Positions 11,246-22,867 of a DNA stretch of 64,000 bases are shown here, piece by piece. The notes beneath the pieces are model-generated. The model searched no databases and was not told the origin of the DNA. It saw nothing but the letters and a program-made list of their open reading frames with translations. Numbering within the stretch: position 1 is the stretch's first letter; each line of letters opens with the position of its first letter. The stretch spans positions 186,001 to 250,000 of IMG/VR virus record IMGVR_UViG_3300028735_000003; one strand, 5' to 3'. The position numbers were made by a program, and so were the translations under genes.

Positions 11246-12070
11246 TTACAAGTTTAGTAGCATGTCTAACAGATTTACTTCCGTATTGATAGTAATATTT
11301 GGTGAAACTGGTGTATTCGGGTTTGACAAATCTTCAAAAGATGCACTAAAAAATATTGCATCTATAATGTTTCCTATAGGTATTTCTCTTCTCCACTCTG
11401 TCCTTATATCTAATGTGATAGTTTGCCTAAACAATTTGTCATTTCTATCATCGATCTCAGATGGTGCCCCAATACTTGGGGGCTTCACAATTATACCAAT
11501 ATCATAAAGAGAATCTACGGTTATTTCTGCAAAACACAAACCAACTAATTCGACCAAATCATCTCTAGATCTTAAACTCCTAGTTATAACATCTATAGCT
11601 ATTTGACCCTCCCAAACTCCAGCCGTAATAAAATATGCTGGATTATGTACTATAGTCTTGTTACCATATCCATCTTCAAAAACAATATCTTCATACTGTA
11701 CCGCCCCCTTTTCTCTATTTATAGAAATAGGAATATACTTGCTACCGCCACTTTTTACTAAAATAGCCGGATAATAAACACCATCGTGTCTATAATTTTC
11801 TCCAATAAATAGCCTAGTACTTAATAAACCATTAATAGATGCTGTAGAGCCATACGCTGTAATTGGCAAATCTGCCCCAGGCGGCATATTTGTATGATCC
11901 GTTGTATTTGGAAACCCCCACTGATCTTTAGAGTAATGGTAAAAATCACTGTGTGAAAAAAAATCACGCAATGTAGATAAAATTATCTCTTTCGGATATA
12001 CAATCATAGAACTTTGAACAAAATTGTGCAAAGAATATAAATTGTCTCTACTAAAATTATTAGTGCCCAT
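11246..12070 (-). CDS. Putative tail terminator/completion protein
   Basis: Directly upstream of sheath; YPAILVK...IDVITRS...RDDLVE pattern of tail terminators. Confidence 0.55.
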   Translation of the reverse strand: MGTNNFSRDNLYSLHNFVQSSMIVYPKEIILSTLRDFFSHSDFYHYSKDQWGFPNTTDHTNMPPGADLPITAYGSTASINGLLSTRLFIGENYRHDGVYYPAILVKSGGSKYIPISINREKGAVQYEDIVFEDGYGNKTIVHNPAYFITAGVWEGQIAIDVITRSLRSRDDLVELVGLCFAEITVDSLYDIGIIVKPPSIGAPSEIDDRNDKLFRQTITLDIRTEWRREIPIGNIIDAIFFSASFEDLSNPNTPVSPNITINTEVNLLDMLLNL

Positions 12071-12404
12071 ATTAATATCCCATTATATGGATAATAATAA
12101 CTAATTATCGGCTGATTTTTAAATGTTAAAATACCAACAAAATTATACCAGTCAATAACATGCTAAATTACAGTTATTTAATAATACAAGATAAAAGAAA
12201 TCTATTTGTATAAATTGCAAACATAGTGACCACGTAGATGGTAATGCATCCTTTTGCATTTTGGGATGTGCAAGATTATGCAACCAATACATATATTGAT
12301 TGGAGGGCGTATTTGCTTCTAATATTATAGATAAGTAATAATTTATAAGGTCCAATCAAACAACATTCGATATGTATCATAAAAATATCGAAATAATCTA
12401 AAAA

Positions 12405-12555
12405 TCTCACGACTTTAATCGTGAAAGTATATCAGAAAACAAAATCATTTTTGATATTTTATACAAAGATGCCACTATATTTTTAAACAGAAAGAGAATG
12501 TTTATAGTAAACTGCTCATCTCATAAAATCAAGAACTTCTTGGATCATCATTAAT
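12405..12555 (+). pseudogene. Remnant of a LAGLIDADG homing endonuclease C-terminus next to a degenerate IS200/IS605-type hairpin
   Basis: From 12435: ENKIIFDILYKDATIFLNRK, matching the LAGLIDADG end motif (cf. DWLYLNSNEDIRLTRK in 31543 ORF). TCACGACTTTAATCGTGA at 12407-12424 resembles the tnpB element end hairpin. Confidence 0.5.
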
Positions 12556-12657
12556 CCAATTAAATAACGGTTTAGCCATTTTCTGCATCACATTTATGCC
12601 TCTACCTAAAGGTAAGTGATTTTTGCTGTATATCAGATTAAATAGATGCCATTTATA

Positions 12658-15600
12658 TTACCACACGTATTTAACTTGTAGTTGATCTATAATGGTTTTC
12701 ATAGTGCTGGAGTCATCTTGTGTCATTACTGTAATATCCGCATAAATATAGCCAATATCACCAGATTGTTTGTTAGTATACAGTAACAAGAATGGGTCGC
12801 TAATTGATAGTGTGCGCTGTCCACCGCCAGATGGTACAATATAAGTGTCTGTTACTTCTATTGGTGCTGAGAAAGGTGCAGGAATATATGTCTGAGCAGT
12901 TAGGATTATACTATAAGCACCAGACGATGAAGGCGGGTCTACGGGCGTTACATCAACACTAAGTTTTCTAATTTTAACGTTTTCGGGTATCATTGTAGAC
13001 AAATCAAGGTGGCTGCTAATATAATACATGGCGCCGCCCGTTATAGAACCGTTATATGTTAATACTAACCTATTTGGTATAGTATGTAGCTTTTCAATTG
13101 ATATTCCTGTTGGGAATCCAATGAAATTTCTATGAGCACCACTTGGGAACGGTAGAAATGAAGACCAAGTAAATTGTCCATAATTGAATGAAAAGTTTCT
13201 TGTAACTGTTTGGTTGATATTTCTCTCTATAATCCACGAAAAAGTATATGGTAAAGCAAATACATCATCAATAGTGTTTGATTTATCTACAAATACAGAA
13301 TCTAAGTAGTTTTCAGTTATTATTCCAGATGAACCAATTAGTCCTAACCATTCTGGGGTTTCACCATTAACCCACCCAATATAGCTTCCAATTCCAGCAC
13401 CATTTCTATAAAGCTGATTATTTGTGCAGGTATTTACCTTGCCACCAATTCCAATCATTGGATATGCATGAATTCCATCTTTATATCCATCAACTCCTTT
13501 AATAATATTATTAGTAATTATGGAAGAAGTTCTACAATATATTCCACCATTGTACAAATCATAATATAAAGTAGTCATATCTGTTGCAGATATCCATCCA
13601 GCATCTATTGTATTCCCAGAAATTAGACAGTTGCCACCATTTCCAAAATTATAAGCAGAGTTATATTTATTGCCAATTACTGTGATGGCATAATTTATCT
13701 TTCCCTCAATATCAGACGCAGATTCACCAAATTGTTCCAAGAATGTTGAATCATATCCAGTTAAATTATTTCCGATAATCTTTAGGAAATTATTTGTCTC
13801 AAACGATAGCCCGGTATGAATCCAATTTGCATGGTTATTACTAATTGTAACTAGTCCACTAACATAAACAGACATATTTGTAGTTATACCGGAAATCTTC
13901 TTAGTAGGAGAAAAATATTTCCCCTTATAATCCATTGATGCAATATAATGACATGTATTACCGTCTATTAGAAGATTTGGACCCTTGTCATTTAATTCAT
14001 TAGTAAATGGAGCAATGTTTAAATACTTGCTCCCCAAACTTGTCCAATAGCCTATAACCCCGCAAATATTGTTAGATATATGGCAATTCTCAGCTTGTAA
14101 ACCTGGAAGTTGCATATATCCGTCTCCATCAGTCTTAGAGGTAACTATAATGGACTGATTCTTGTTACACACATTATCAGTAATTGATATGCCTCTTAAC
14201 ATAGGCTGTGGCAAATAATAACTAGTAACAGCAGGAGCAATATTTACAATTGCTATTACTGCTCTTATAGAGTCTATAGAAGCAGGTATATTTGTATCAT
14301 TAAACCTACAATTATTAATTTTAACATTTTCCAAAACAGATTGATTTGTTGTTAAATCAAAATTGATAAAACTGAATCTATCTGCACTCTCGGAAGTAGG
14401 ACTGTAATTAAATATAGTGTTTTCTATTGTTATATCCTGTAAATTTGTTGCGACAGAAGCTTGAATATATCCAAAACTACCATCTACAACGTTTCCTGCA
14501 TTTACAAAATTAGCAGTATTGTATGATAATATACCTGATGTATATGATGATGGATTGAATGTAGACGTGATTTTACAGTTACTGACTATAGAATCATCAG
14601 ACGTGTCGCTATACTTAATAAGCCTATTGAAATTACCAGTAAATTGAGAATTAATTATTCTGGTCTTAGTAGTAGCGTCAAACGTGAATACATCGCCTGG
14701 ATAATAAACTCCCGCTGTTGGGGCATATACAGCGTTCAATGAACTATTCAAGAATTGAAAATCCGAACAGTTAGTAAAATTAAATACAGTTCCGCCACTA
14801 TCTGTTTGTGTTGGATATATTGCGGTTATAGTACTATCCTTAAATATTACAGATGTTGCGGCATTTAAAAATATCATAGTATTATCTGTACGTGCTGTTG
14901 TTGGAGCAAAAGTAATATTACAATTCTCGAACTTTAAATGGCTACATGCATAATCAAACATGACATAATCTGTGAAATATAGATTTATGTTTTGGAAAGT
15001 TACGTTTGATCCAATAGTAATAGTTCCAGTAAATTCTATACTCGCATCGCCATTACCGTCTATTACTATTGTTCCTCGATCATTTGTGCCTAGCCTCAAA
15101 TCTTCAGACACTATAGGTCCATGAGGCTCTGTTCCAGTTACCATTGCTCCTTTTATAACTACCTGACCATTAAATGAGCTATTATAACTTAACCAGTTAA
15201 ATATGGCAGATACGTTCTTAAAGTTGCTCTGACCATCTCCAGCATTATATCTTAATGGCAGATTTGCATCTACATCTGTAACATATTTCCTTACATCATA
15301 CATTGTCAGCGTAGAAGTAGCTACGCCGCCAACAACTTCAACTTTACTGTGAACAACATATACTAATGTAAGATCTTTTCTGTTATTTACGATATCAGAG
15401 AAGTACTCTGCATCTAAATTATATTTTTGTAGATTTAATGGGTTATATGCTTTGAAAATTCTATCTTCGTTTGGTGTCCCATTGATGGCATCATAATCTA
15501 ATAAAGGAATTGGCTGATACTCGCCCCTATCATTAACACATAACGCCCAGTTTATACCAACCGTATCCCTACCAAAATATTCTTGAATTTTTGGAATTGC

Positions 15601-18567
15601 TACCGTTTCATGATTCTTGTATATTATTTTACCACCTACTAATGCAACGCCACCCTTCATATATATTTGGTTATCATTTGGGTTGGTTCCAACAAGAACG
15701 GTCTGAAGATCAAATCCTTTGATTATTCCATTTTGATGCAATAGCTTATCTGGAAGAGAAATATAATTCAATGCTGAGGTGCTAAATTCTTTTTCACTTA
15801 CATTTCCAAATTGTCTTTCATCACGAAGCTGTGTTAGTTTCCCAGTTACACTATTATGTTGACATGTGGCAATCAACATAATCTCATCATCTGATGCCAA
15901 CGATGGAAATAGTTGAAAATCAATTAGCTGATCAGTAATTGGTAACAAAAACTCAGTATTTGTATCAAACAAAATATCAATATAATCAATATTCGTTTCA
16001 TCATAGAATCTAGTGACTTCACCAATTCGGCCATGTATTGTTGGACCATAATTAGTATAATTACTTCCATCATAAGATACTAAGTATCCAGAGAAATCTC
16101 CAGTTTCTTCGAATGAAAGAATTCTTAATGAAATCTTGGTTACTGATCCAAATTGATATCCTCTTAATTTGGGAGATATTCTAATTATTTCAAGTTTAGC
16201 TAATTCAGAAGTAGATCTTATAGTAACGCCATTTACAGTAGTTCCGCCAGAAATATGTATTCTTCCGCGTTCATGTGTAAACGTATTAGAATTCTCATCA
16301 ATGTAGACCTCAAAATGTCTTTTGAATGATGAATACACATCATTATCTGTTGCTGTCTCATTATTAAACGATACAGAATCAGAATTAAAGTATAACGCAA
16401 ATTGTCCACTATTAGATGATGATGCTGGAGAAAATCCTGCGGCATGAATTGAGTCATAAACAGTTATATCTGTATATACATCTGGAGAGCATCCAAATGA
16501 AATAGATTCTATGATATATCTTCCATAATCTCTAATTGTTCCAGATCCTGCAGATTGAATTACTAATGTTTTACCTTCTTTAAGTTTTGTATGAGAAAGA
16601 TCTACTCCATCAATTCTATAAGTGGTTGCAACTCTAATGCCAGGGGTTGGCACTCTTCCAATTATAGTTGCTAGCCAATAACTATCACCATACCCATCTA
16701 ATAATTGCCCTTCTTCTAATGATAGTTTATCTTTTTCTGTTCCATTAACATAATAATTAGCCCTTGTTACCGGAATAAAGATCTTAGTTGCAATTTGAGC
16801 TGCCTCAGTAGAACCATAAGAAGATTTATATGGTGGGCTAGAAATAGCGGCTCTTGTGCCACCAAATCCTAATGGATCTGGCGGCACCAATGGAGAAGCC
16901 GCAAACATCCCAATTACATTCTTATTGAATGCAATATTTGTTTCTGTTTCATCATAATTTCCATTGTTATCTACTATGGCATCAAGAATAGAAAATGCTG
17001 CATTATTATAGCAGTCTGTCATCATTATACCAAATTCACCTTGGTATGAAAATGCCATAAATCTATAGTTATACCCTGCTTTTCTAAATTGAGCATTTGT
17101 AGCATCTACTACAGATTCCAGAGTATATAGCCCTGGTGTAGCCCCAGCATTTCCTGTTACGTCAATTGGCGGCAATATTACATATCCATCTTCTGGATGT
17201 CCAGTTGGATACAACGCTATATATAGCAAATAATGATCACTATCAAGCAGATCAGGATCAAATCCAATACCCAAAACCATAGCATTACGTGGGCTACCAA
17301 CTATTAAACTTGGCATAATGGATGTCGCCATATTATGATTCACTAATGATGTAGCCAACACACCAAACTTGTTATTATTAAATAGTGGCTTATCAATTCT
17401 AGCAGTTGCATATCCTTCTGGAGAATAATACAAATTCTTTCCTGCAATTCTGATAATGTATTTGCTTGGACTACCAGAAATGAATTTCTTCTCTTTAACT
17501 AAGAATGGAACCTCAACAGCACCATGTCCATTATATGCCTTATATGTAACTCTAATTATATCTCCTGGTTTTACTAAAGAGAATTGAGAATCAAACTTAA
17601 AAGATGCAGTAACTCCAACATCAGGAAAAAATTCTATAATATCGTCACCATAATTGATATTATCAACTGGCGAACTGCTGCTTCCCGTATTTCCTAATAA
17701 ATATGTTTTAACTGAAGTTGTTGGAACAATAGATTGACCAACCGTTTGTGATCCTAACTTAGCAGATCTAGATACTTTAGAAATCCCGTTAGAATATAAA
17801 TTTTGAATTCTTGTTCCATATAAAAATATGCTGGAATCATCTATAAATTGAGCAAAAGTTTGTAAATCTGTTGTGGTTTCTGGTATTACCGCAAATCTAT
17901 TTGTGTTTAGAAAAATACCAGAAGCTGTATGAGCATAATCAGCAGGATAAGAAGCTCCGCTATTAGTAATAACTGTACCGGAAGTAACATGATAACCGTC
18001 TGCAAATTGATGATCTAATAGCTCTGTATTCATACCAGATATTAACTGATATGAATCGGAATTATCACGATATAAACGGTACTTGTTCTTTAGATATTTA
18101 TTTGGATCAGCATTTACATCAATATGAGTCAAGTTATGGCGATAAATAGCGCCACCTATATGTGGTTCTAGTTTCATACCACTGATAGAAACCCAACCAG
18201 CAATAACATCTATGTGATTCGCAGAATCTCGAATGTAATTAAATAAATCTGACGTTCTATAATCTAAAAGAAGTTTCGATTCTGGAATATTTGCATTATC
18301 TGCAATTTGATTGTTTGTTATTGGTAGAGTAACTAATCCCAAACCAGTAAGAGCAGACGGATTTATAGCTCCACTAGGCAATAGAGATATACCTAATCTT
18401 TTTGCTATAGAACCTGCCGTTCCTGATGCGCCTAACCCTATCTCTGTTTCGATGTTAAATATTGCATCGCGAGCAGCATTTATGGCTTCTCCACCAATTT
18501 CAGTTAAATTGTTATTTACAAATGGTAGGGTTGTGTCATCATCAAAGTTTGAAGGAAAATTACTCAT
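12658..18567 (-). CDS. Very large virion structural protein with C-terminal right-handed beta-helix (spike/fibre-like)
   Basis: ~1970 aa; N-terminal SNFPSNFDD; C-terminal third has Asn/Ile-rich parallel beta-helix repeats (ISNN, IIGNN, ITNNII). Probable ATG 18567. Confidence 0.6.
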   Translation of the reverse strand: MSNFPSNFDDDTTLPFVNNNLTEIGGEAINAARDAIFNIETEIGLGASGTAGSIAKRLGISLLPSGAINPSALTGLGLVTLPITNNQIADNANIPESKLLLDYRTSDLFNYIRDSANHIDVIAGWVSISGMKLEPHIGGAIYRHNLTHIDVNADPNKYLKNKYRLYRDNSDSYQLISGMNTELLDHQFADGYHVTSGTVITNSGASYPADYAHTASGIFLNTNRFAVIPETTTDLQTFAQFIDDSSIFLYGTRIQNLYSNGISKVSRSAKLGSQTVGQSIVPTTSVKTYLLGNTGSSSSPVDNINYGDDIIEFFPDVGVTASFKFDSQFSLVKPGDIIRVTYKAYNGHGAVEVPFLVKEKKFISGSPSKYIIRIAGKNLYYSPEGYATARIDKPLFNNNKFGVLATSLVNHNMATSIMPSLIVGSPRNAMVLGIGFDPDLLDSDHYLLYIALYPTGHPEDGYVILPPIDVTGNAGATPGLYTLESVVDATNAQFRKAGYNYRFMAFSYQGEFGIMMTDCYNNAAFSILDAIVDNNGNYDETETNIAFNKNVIGMFAASPLVPPDPLGFGGTRAAISSPPYKSSYGSTEAAQIATKIFIPVTRANYYVNGTEKDKLSLEEGQLLDGYGDSYWLATIIGRVPTPGIRVATTYRIDGVDLSHTKLKEGKTLVIQSAGSGTIRDYGRYIIESISFGCSPDVYTDITVYDSIHAAGFSPASSSNSGQFALYFNSDSVSFNNETATDNDVYSSFKRHFEVYIDENSNTFTHERGRIHISGGTTVNGVTIRSTSELAKLEIIRISPKLRGYQFGSVTKISLRILSFEETGDFSGYLVSYDGSNYTNYGPTIHGRIGEVTRFYDETNIDYIDILFDTNTEFLLPITDQLIDFQLFPSLASDDEIMLIATCQHNSVTGKLTQLRDERQFGNVSEKEFSTSALNYISLPDKLLHQNGIIKGFDLQTVLVGTNPNDNQIYMKGGVALVGGKIIYKNHETVAIPKIQEYFGRDTVGINWALCVNDRGEYQPIPLLDYDAINGTPNEDRIFKAYNPLNLQKYNLDAEYFSDIVNNRKDLTLVYVVHSKVEVVGGVATSTLTMYDVRKYVTDVDANLPLRYNAGDGQSNFKNVSAIFNWLSYNSSFNGQVVIKGAMVTGTEPHGPIVSEDLRLGTNDRGTIVIDGNGDASIEFTGTITIGSNVTFQNINLYFTDYVMFDYACSHLKFENCNITFAPTTARTDNTMIFLNAATSVIFKDSTITAIYPTQTDSGGTVFNFTNCSDFQFLNSSLNAVYAPTAGVYYPGDVFTFDATTKTRIINSQFTGNFNRLIKYSDTSDDSIVSNCKITSTFNPSSYTSGILSYNTANFVNAGNVVDGSFGYIQASVATNLQDITIENTIFNYSPTSESADRFSFINFDLTTNQSVLENVKINNCRFNDTNIPASIDSIRAVIAIVNIAPAVTSYYLPQPMLRGISITDNVCNKNQSIIVTSKTDGDGYMQLPGLQAENCHISNNICGVIGYWTSLGSKYLNIAPFTNELNDKGPNLLIDGNTCHYIASMDYKGKYFSPTKKISGITTNMSVYVSGLVTISNNHANWIHTGLSFETNNFLKIIGNNLTGYDSTFLEQFGESASDIEGKINYAITVIGNKYNSAYNFGNGGNCLISGNTIDAGWISATDMTTLYYDLYNGGIYCRTSSIITNNIIKGVDGYKDGIHAYPMIGIGGKVNTCTNNQLYRNGAGIGSYIGWVNGETPEWLGLIGSSGIITENYLDSVFVDKSNTIDDVFALPYTFSWIIERNINQTVTRNFSFNYGQFTWSSFLPFPSGAHRNFIGFPTGISIEKLHTIPNRLVLTYNGSITGGAMYYISSHLDLSTMIPENVKIRKLSVDVTPVDPPSSSGAYSIILTAQTYIPAPFSAPIEVTDTYIVPSGGGQRTLSISDPFLLLYTNKQSGDIGYIYADITVMTQDDSSTMKTIIDQLQVKYVW

Positions 18568-18616
18568 ATTCCACACCGTTTATCATGGTTATTTCCATTA
18601 ATATATAACCGGAAAA

Positions 18617-19027
18617 TTATTTGGTTTCTGTGTCATCTACTATACCTGCTGATGCACCATCTTCAGGCGAATCGAAAGATCTTTTACCTCCAATGGCTAA
18701 AATTTTTCCTCTTATGATTGCTTTTATCCATCTCCAAGCAAATCCAGACAAAAGTCCTGCAACCAAACCAAATGCAAAACGCCCGCTTGCAGAAGTAATT
18801 TCAACTGGATATGGGTATTGCTTGGCTAACAGAGCGCCAACAGATCCCAGAATAATAGGCAAAAGTGGTAGAATTAGATCTGACCACAGATGGCTTTCCT
18901 TGGCAACATATCCTCTTGCTGCAAAGGCATAATTAACTACTATAGTAACTACATATGTTGATGTAGAAATTGCCAAACAGAATAGTACGAATTGATAACT
19001 TAGAAGCGCTTGTAATGCTGTATCCAT
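18617..19027 (-). CDS. Small multi-pass membrane protein, holin-like
   Basis: 136 aa, three hydrophobic segments, basic then acidic C-tail; AAGGAGG RBS. Confidence 0.5.
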   Translation of the reverse strand: MDTALQALLSYQFVLFCLAISTSTYVVTIVVNYAFAARGYVAKESHLWSDLILPLLPIILGSVGALLAKQYPYPVEITSASGRFAFGLVAGLLSGFAWRWIKAIIRGKILAIGGKRSFDSPEDGASAGIVDDTETK

Positions 19028-19083
19028 AGATTCCTCCTTAGAAGTATACGAAAGAATTAATATATTATATTTGTCGTCTATAT

Positions 19084-20433
19084 TTATGGACGTATTATTT
19101 CAATAATTAACGAAGCCCCACCATACATATACATTGTTCCAGCGTTACTTGAGTCTGTCTTCATAGCAACAGCAGCTTTTATAGTATCTTTGGCAACAAT
19201 CGTATAAATACCCGTCATAGACACTTGAGTCGGAGATGTTGAGCTTAAATATATTTCACACCCTGGCACTAATATGTCACCTAATAGACCACGAATAAAT
19301 AATGCAACATAACCAGATTTGCCGCTACTATTACCGACATATCCGCTGAATGTTATTTTTACTATGTCTCCAGTTTGAGCTTCATAACTATTTGTCGACA
19401 TAACATCGTCATAATTAGTCATTGTTGTACTAAAAAATTCTTTCCATCCATATGTATAACTAGAAATGTTGGGTCGCCACGATGATGATTGGTAAACAAG
19501 TTTACTATTATTGCTGATCTTGAAATTATCTCCACCTGACTCTTTAATCCATAACGCTCCAGAATCTGCATATAATATAGCACCAGATGTTGGGTTAACA
19601 GTAGGCACAGTTGCAGCGTTGCCAATATAAATAACTTTATTCCCAGTCCCAGGTGGCATTTGAGCGCTTGTTATTGGACTACCTCTAACTAAAGAAACAA
19701 CAAAATTACCAGCGACTGGCTCAGCTAGTTCAGCCAGGGTTACTGAGTTGTTTTGCATTTGTAACTTTAATGAACCGTCTCCGGTTACACCAAATCCTGC
19801 AGACATATTGAGGCTACCACCAGTTGATATTGATGATGATTGAGCCGTAATAGTCATATTATGAGCGCTACCAGAAGTGGTTATTGTCTGACCAATTGAT
19901 GGCGTAACTGTCGATAAGAAATTAATATGACCACAACGCATCGTAAAAAAGTCTGCAATACCAGTCGCCCCAGATATCTTAGGATTAAGTGTTGTACAAC
20001 CATCACCACTAATATCGCCTGCTGGTAATGATATTTGTAAAGGTATCGCTGCTGGTTCCCAATATCCAGATCCATTCCACATTAATACATAGCCTGATGT
20101 AGGTGAAGTTGGCAGAACTGGTCTACCCTGTATACCTGATACCTGCACACTAGTTGCAGAACTACCAGCACCAGCCAAATCTCCCCCAGCTAATGTAATC
20201 AGACCTTTAGTTCCGGAAATATCAGCATCCGGAATTGTTGGTGGAGCAAGATATGGTAATGCTGCGGTACAAAATTCTTGTACTGTAGTACGTTCAACGC
20301 TAGATACTGTCAAATGTGGATTTAGTTGTATTACAGTAGCATCATGTTGAAAAGAACTGCCATTAACATGCTTTTCAAAATCATATCTGTCTGTAGCTAA
20401 TCTCCCTACACCCTTAATAAAATTGTCTGCCAT
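19084..20433 (-). CDS. Virion fibre/appendage-like protein
   Basis: Gly/Ser/Thr-rich; GDLAG...VSGIQG and GYVLMWNGS..WEP fibre motifs. Confidence 0.5.
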   Translation of the reverse strand: MADNFIKGVGRLATDRYDFEKHVNGSSFQHDATVIQLNPHLTVSSVERTTVQEFCTAALPYLAPPTIPDADISGTKGLITLAGGDLAGAGSSATSVQVSGIQGRPVLPTSPTSGYVLMWNGSGYWEPAAIPLQISLPAGDISGDGCTTLNPKISGATGIADFFTMRCGHINFLSTVTPSIGQTITTSGSAHNMTITAQSSSISTGGSLNMSAGFGVTGDGSLKLQMQNNSVTLAELAEPVAGNFVVSLVRGSPITSAQMPPGTGNKVIYIGNAATVPTVNPTSGAILYADSGALWIKESGGDNFKISNNSKLVYQSSSWRPNISSYTYGWKEFFSTTMTNYDDVMSTNSYEAQTGDIVKITFSGYVGNSSGKSGYVALFIRGLLGDILVPGCEIYLSSTSPTQVSMTGIYTIVAKDTIKAAVAMKTDSSNAGTMYMYGGASLIIEIIRP

Positions 20434-20444
20434 TGAATTTTTCC

Positions 20445-22013
20445 TTATGGTAATATTATTTGATGTTTATGACCAACAGCTTCTAACACCTGACCATTAA
20501 CTATTGGATGGTTATGCCCCTGAACAACATTTGTGGTTTGATTGATTTGATTTACAGATATGATTTTCTCACTAATTACTATCTTATGAGTATGGGGGGC
20601 TATTCCTGTAGTAAAGCCAATGCTTGTACTGAGCTGAGAAGGGAACATACTTGAATCACTAAAAATACGTATTTGATATGCTGGATCAAACTTTCTAATT
20701 CTTTGAGCTTTAATCTTCTGACCTCCCTGCAAACCCAACACAGTATTATTTCTATTTACTGATAAGACCTCATATCTATATTCTTCATTTCCATCCATAT
20801 CATATAAAACAAGAATATCTCTATCCTTAATAGTAGGAACAGTAAGTGTCCAGAAATCAACGTGGAATTCAGATTCTAGACCTGCTTCTGTCATCTTAAC
20901 ATCTTCATCTGCTGGGCTCTGTCTAACCATAATTCTTCCATCCGAACGTCTTGGATTAAAATATTGTTCATAACCAAAAACGAACTTTGTTCCATAGCAT
21001 AGTGGACATCTATCATCAGGATATTCACTAGAAGGGAGATAACATGAACAAGTTATTCCCGTTCTTACTCTCTTAATCAAAACTGCTGGTTTTCCGGTAA
21101 CGCTCAATCCAATTTCTTGTCTTTGGTTATTGCTATCTTGTAATGAAAATCCTCTTAACATTTGAAAATTGCCATATTGATCTATGCAACCTTGTTCACC
21201 GCCTATATAACTTCCTACACATGTGCCATTAATTATCTGTACAGGATCTGTTCTATGCCATCCAGCATAATCATAAGCAGGGAAATCCACATTATATTGA
21301 TCGCTGGCAGATAAATCAATAGTTAATAAATCTTTAGTTACTTGATGATATCCATCTGCATTAGTCCGCTGAAACTGCGGATACTCAAAACGGCATTGAC
21401 ATTGAAAAACTTGATCCCATCTACGATCTTCACCAATTACAAAGAAATTTACAGTAGGATCCCATGTATTATAACCATCATATCCATCTATATTATGAAT
21501 TCTAGCATTAGTGTTTTTGTATCCTCTTAGATATCCATCTAAATTATTCAATATTGAATCTACTGAAGCATACTCAATAAGTTCAATTCCAATTTTTATT
21601 ATTCCAGATGGAGGAAAACCAAATGTGTCCAATAATGGAATTGTTAAATCAGTAGCAGTAATATTATCTCTCAACAAACTAGACGGTACAATTCTTAAAT
21701 TATCATATGCAACCGGTAATGTAGACAAATCATATACTACAGGATCATATTCTATTGGTCTTACAGAAAAGAAATATAATTGTCCAGGTATCAAATCTAT
21801 GATGTTTGCTTCCAATGAATCGTCGATCGAGATGTATTTTATACCCTCTGTAAATACTGTTTCTTTGACTGTTGAATAGTATATGTTATACGCAATTCTA
21901 TTACCTGGAGAAGTGGTATACGCTTGATGCCACTTCAAATTAATAGTATATCCATCACCCAATGAAGATGTTAAATATAAACCTGATCGTACTGGATTAG
22001 GATAAAATACCAT
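20445..22013 (-). CDS. Putative neck/head-closure protein with N-terminal FN3-like domain, Cys cluster and C-terminal His-rich motif
   Basis: LKW...YNIYYS...DLIPGQLYFFSVR (FN3); TCSC...RCPLCYGT; HTH/HNH/HKH at C-terminus; located between adaptor and tail genes. Confidence 0.55.
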   Translation of the reverse strand: MVFYPNPVRSGLYLTSSLGDGYTINLKWHQAYTTSPGNRIAYNIYYSTVKETVFTEGIKYISIDDSLEANIIDLIPGQLYFFSVRPIEYDPVVYDLSTLPVAYDNLRIVPSSLLRDNITATDLTIPLLDTFGFPPSGIIKIGIELIEYASVDSILNNLDGYLRGYKNTNARIHNIDGYDGYNTWDPTVNFFVIGEDRRWDQVFQCQCRFEYPQFQRTNADGYHQVTKDLLTIDLSASDQYNVDFPAYDYAGWHRTDPVQIINGTCVGSYIGGEQGCIDQYGNFQMLRGFSLQDSNNQRQEIGLSVTGKPAVLIKRVRTGITCSCYLPSSEYPDDRCPLCYGTKFVFGYEQYFNPRRSDGRIMVRQSPADEDVKMTEAGLESEFHVDFWTLTVPTIKDRDILVLYDMDGNEEYRYEVLSVNRNNTVLGLQGGQKIKAQRIRKFDPAYQIRIFSDSSMFPSQLSTSIGFTTGIAPHTHKIVISEKIISVNQINQTTNVVQGHNHPIVNGQVLEAVGHKHQIILP

Positions 22014-22535
22014 TTAGATTTTTCCCATCAAAATATCTTCAAATTTATCTTTTTTCTTTCCATCATTAACATCGTGGTGTTCAAGAAGTCTATTCACATA
22101 AGATTGCGCCTCATTTTCGCCAAATTGTTCAGCTATATATTTAACCTGATTTTGAAACCCCTCCTGTTCAAATGGATTTTCTAAATATTCTCCATCATAC
22201 GAGCTTTTAGTAGGTTTATCTCCAGTGGTCTGTTGTAGCCAGTGTGTCATCTCATGCACACCATATGAGAAATCCTTAAAAAAATCACCATCAGTTAACA
22301 ATTTATAACTGTATGTGATAATTCCATGGTCTGTGTTAGCAGATACGTCAAGATTTCCGAATCTCATAGGAATATAATCTATTTCATCGATATCTACTCC
22401 ATATTCTTTAAACATATCCTGAACTACCGGATCTTCCTTCAGAAATTTCCTCATCTTCTTAAGGAGCCTATTAAGAGTTTTGTATGGAAATTTTTTTACC
22501 ACAGATAGAGGTATCTTTTCTTTTTGCCCAGTCAT
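22014..22535 (-). CDS. Putative zinc metallopeptidase (HExxH)
   Basis: VHEMTHWLQQ followed by YLENPFEQEG. Confidence 0.6.
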   Translation of the reverse strand: MTGQKEKIPLSVVKKFPYKTLNRLLKKMRKFLKEDPVVQDMFKEYGVDIDEIDYIPMRFGNLDVSANTDHGIITYSYKLLTDGDFFKDFSYGVHEMTHWLQQTTGDKPTKSSYDGEYLENPFEQEGFQNQVKYIAEQFGENEAQSYVNRLLEHHDVNDGKKKDKFEDILMGKI

Positions 22536-22867
22536 ACATCAATGAGAAAATAGTCATATTAATATATGTGTCTGCATAATATTCATTGATATTCATTGAT
22601 ATTTATTGGCTATTAATTGATATGAGAGACGACACGAATAACATATTAACTTTTGATTAGCTAGCTAAATTAACCATATTGATACGAATAAAACTTGGAA
22701 GATTATAATTCAAGATATGCAACTGATCATTAATCAAATTTTCGTTTACAGATTATTGAAATGCAATTACTGATAAGGATAAATCAGACAATGTTCGATA
22801 TGTCTTATAAAATTACAGAAGAAATCTAAGAATCGTACAGCTAAAGTTGTTGTAGTATATTACAATA

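Noticed and set aside
3234-12070. Tailocin or extracellular contractile injection system
   Set aside because: Terminase, portal, protease and capsid genes are in the same module, so this is a phage.
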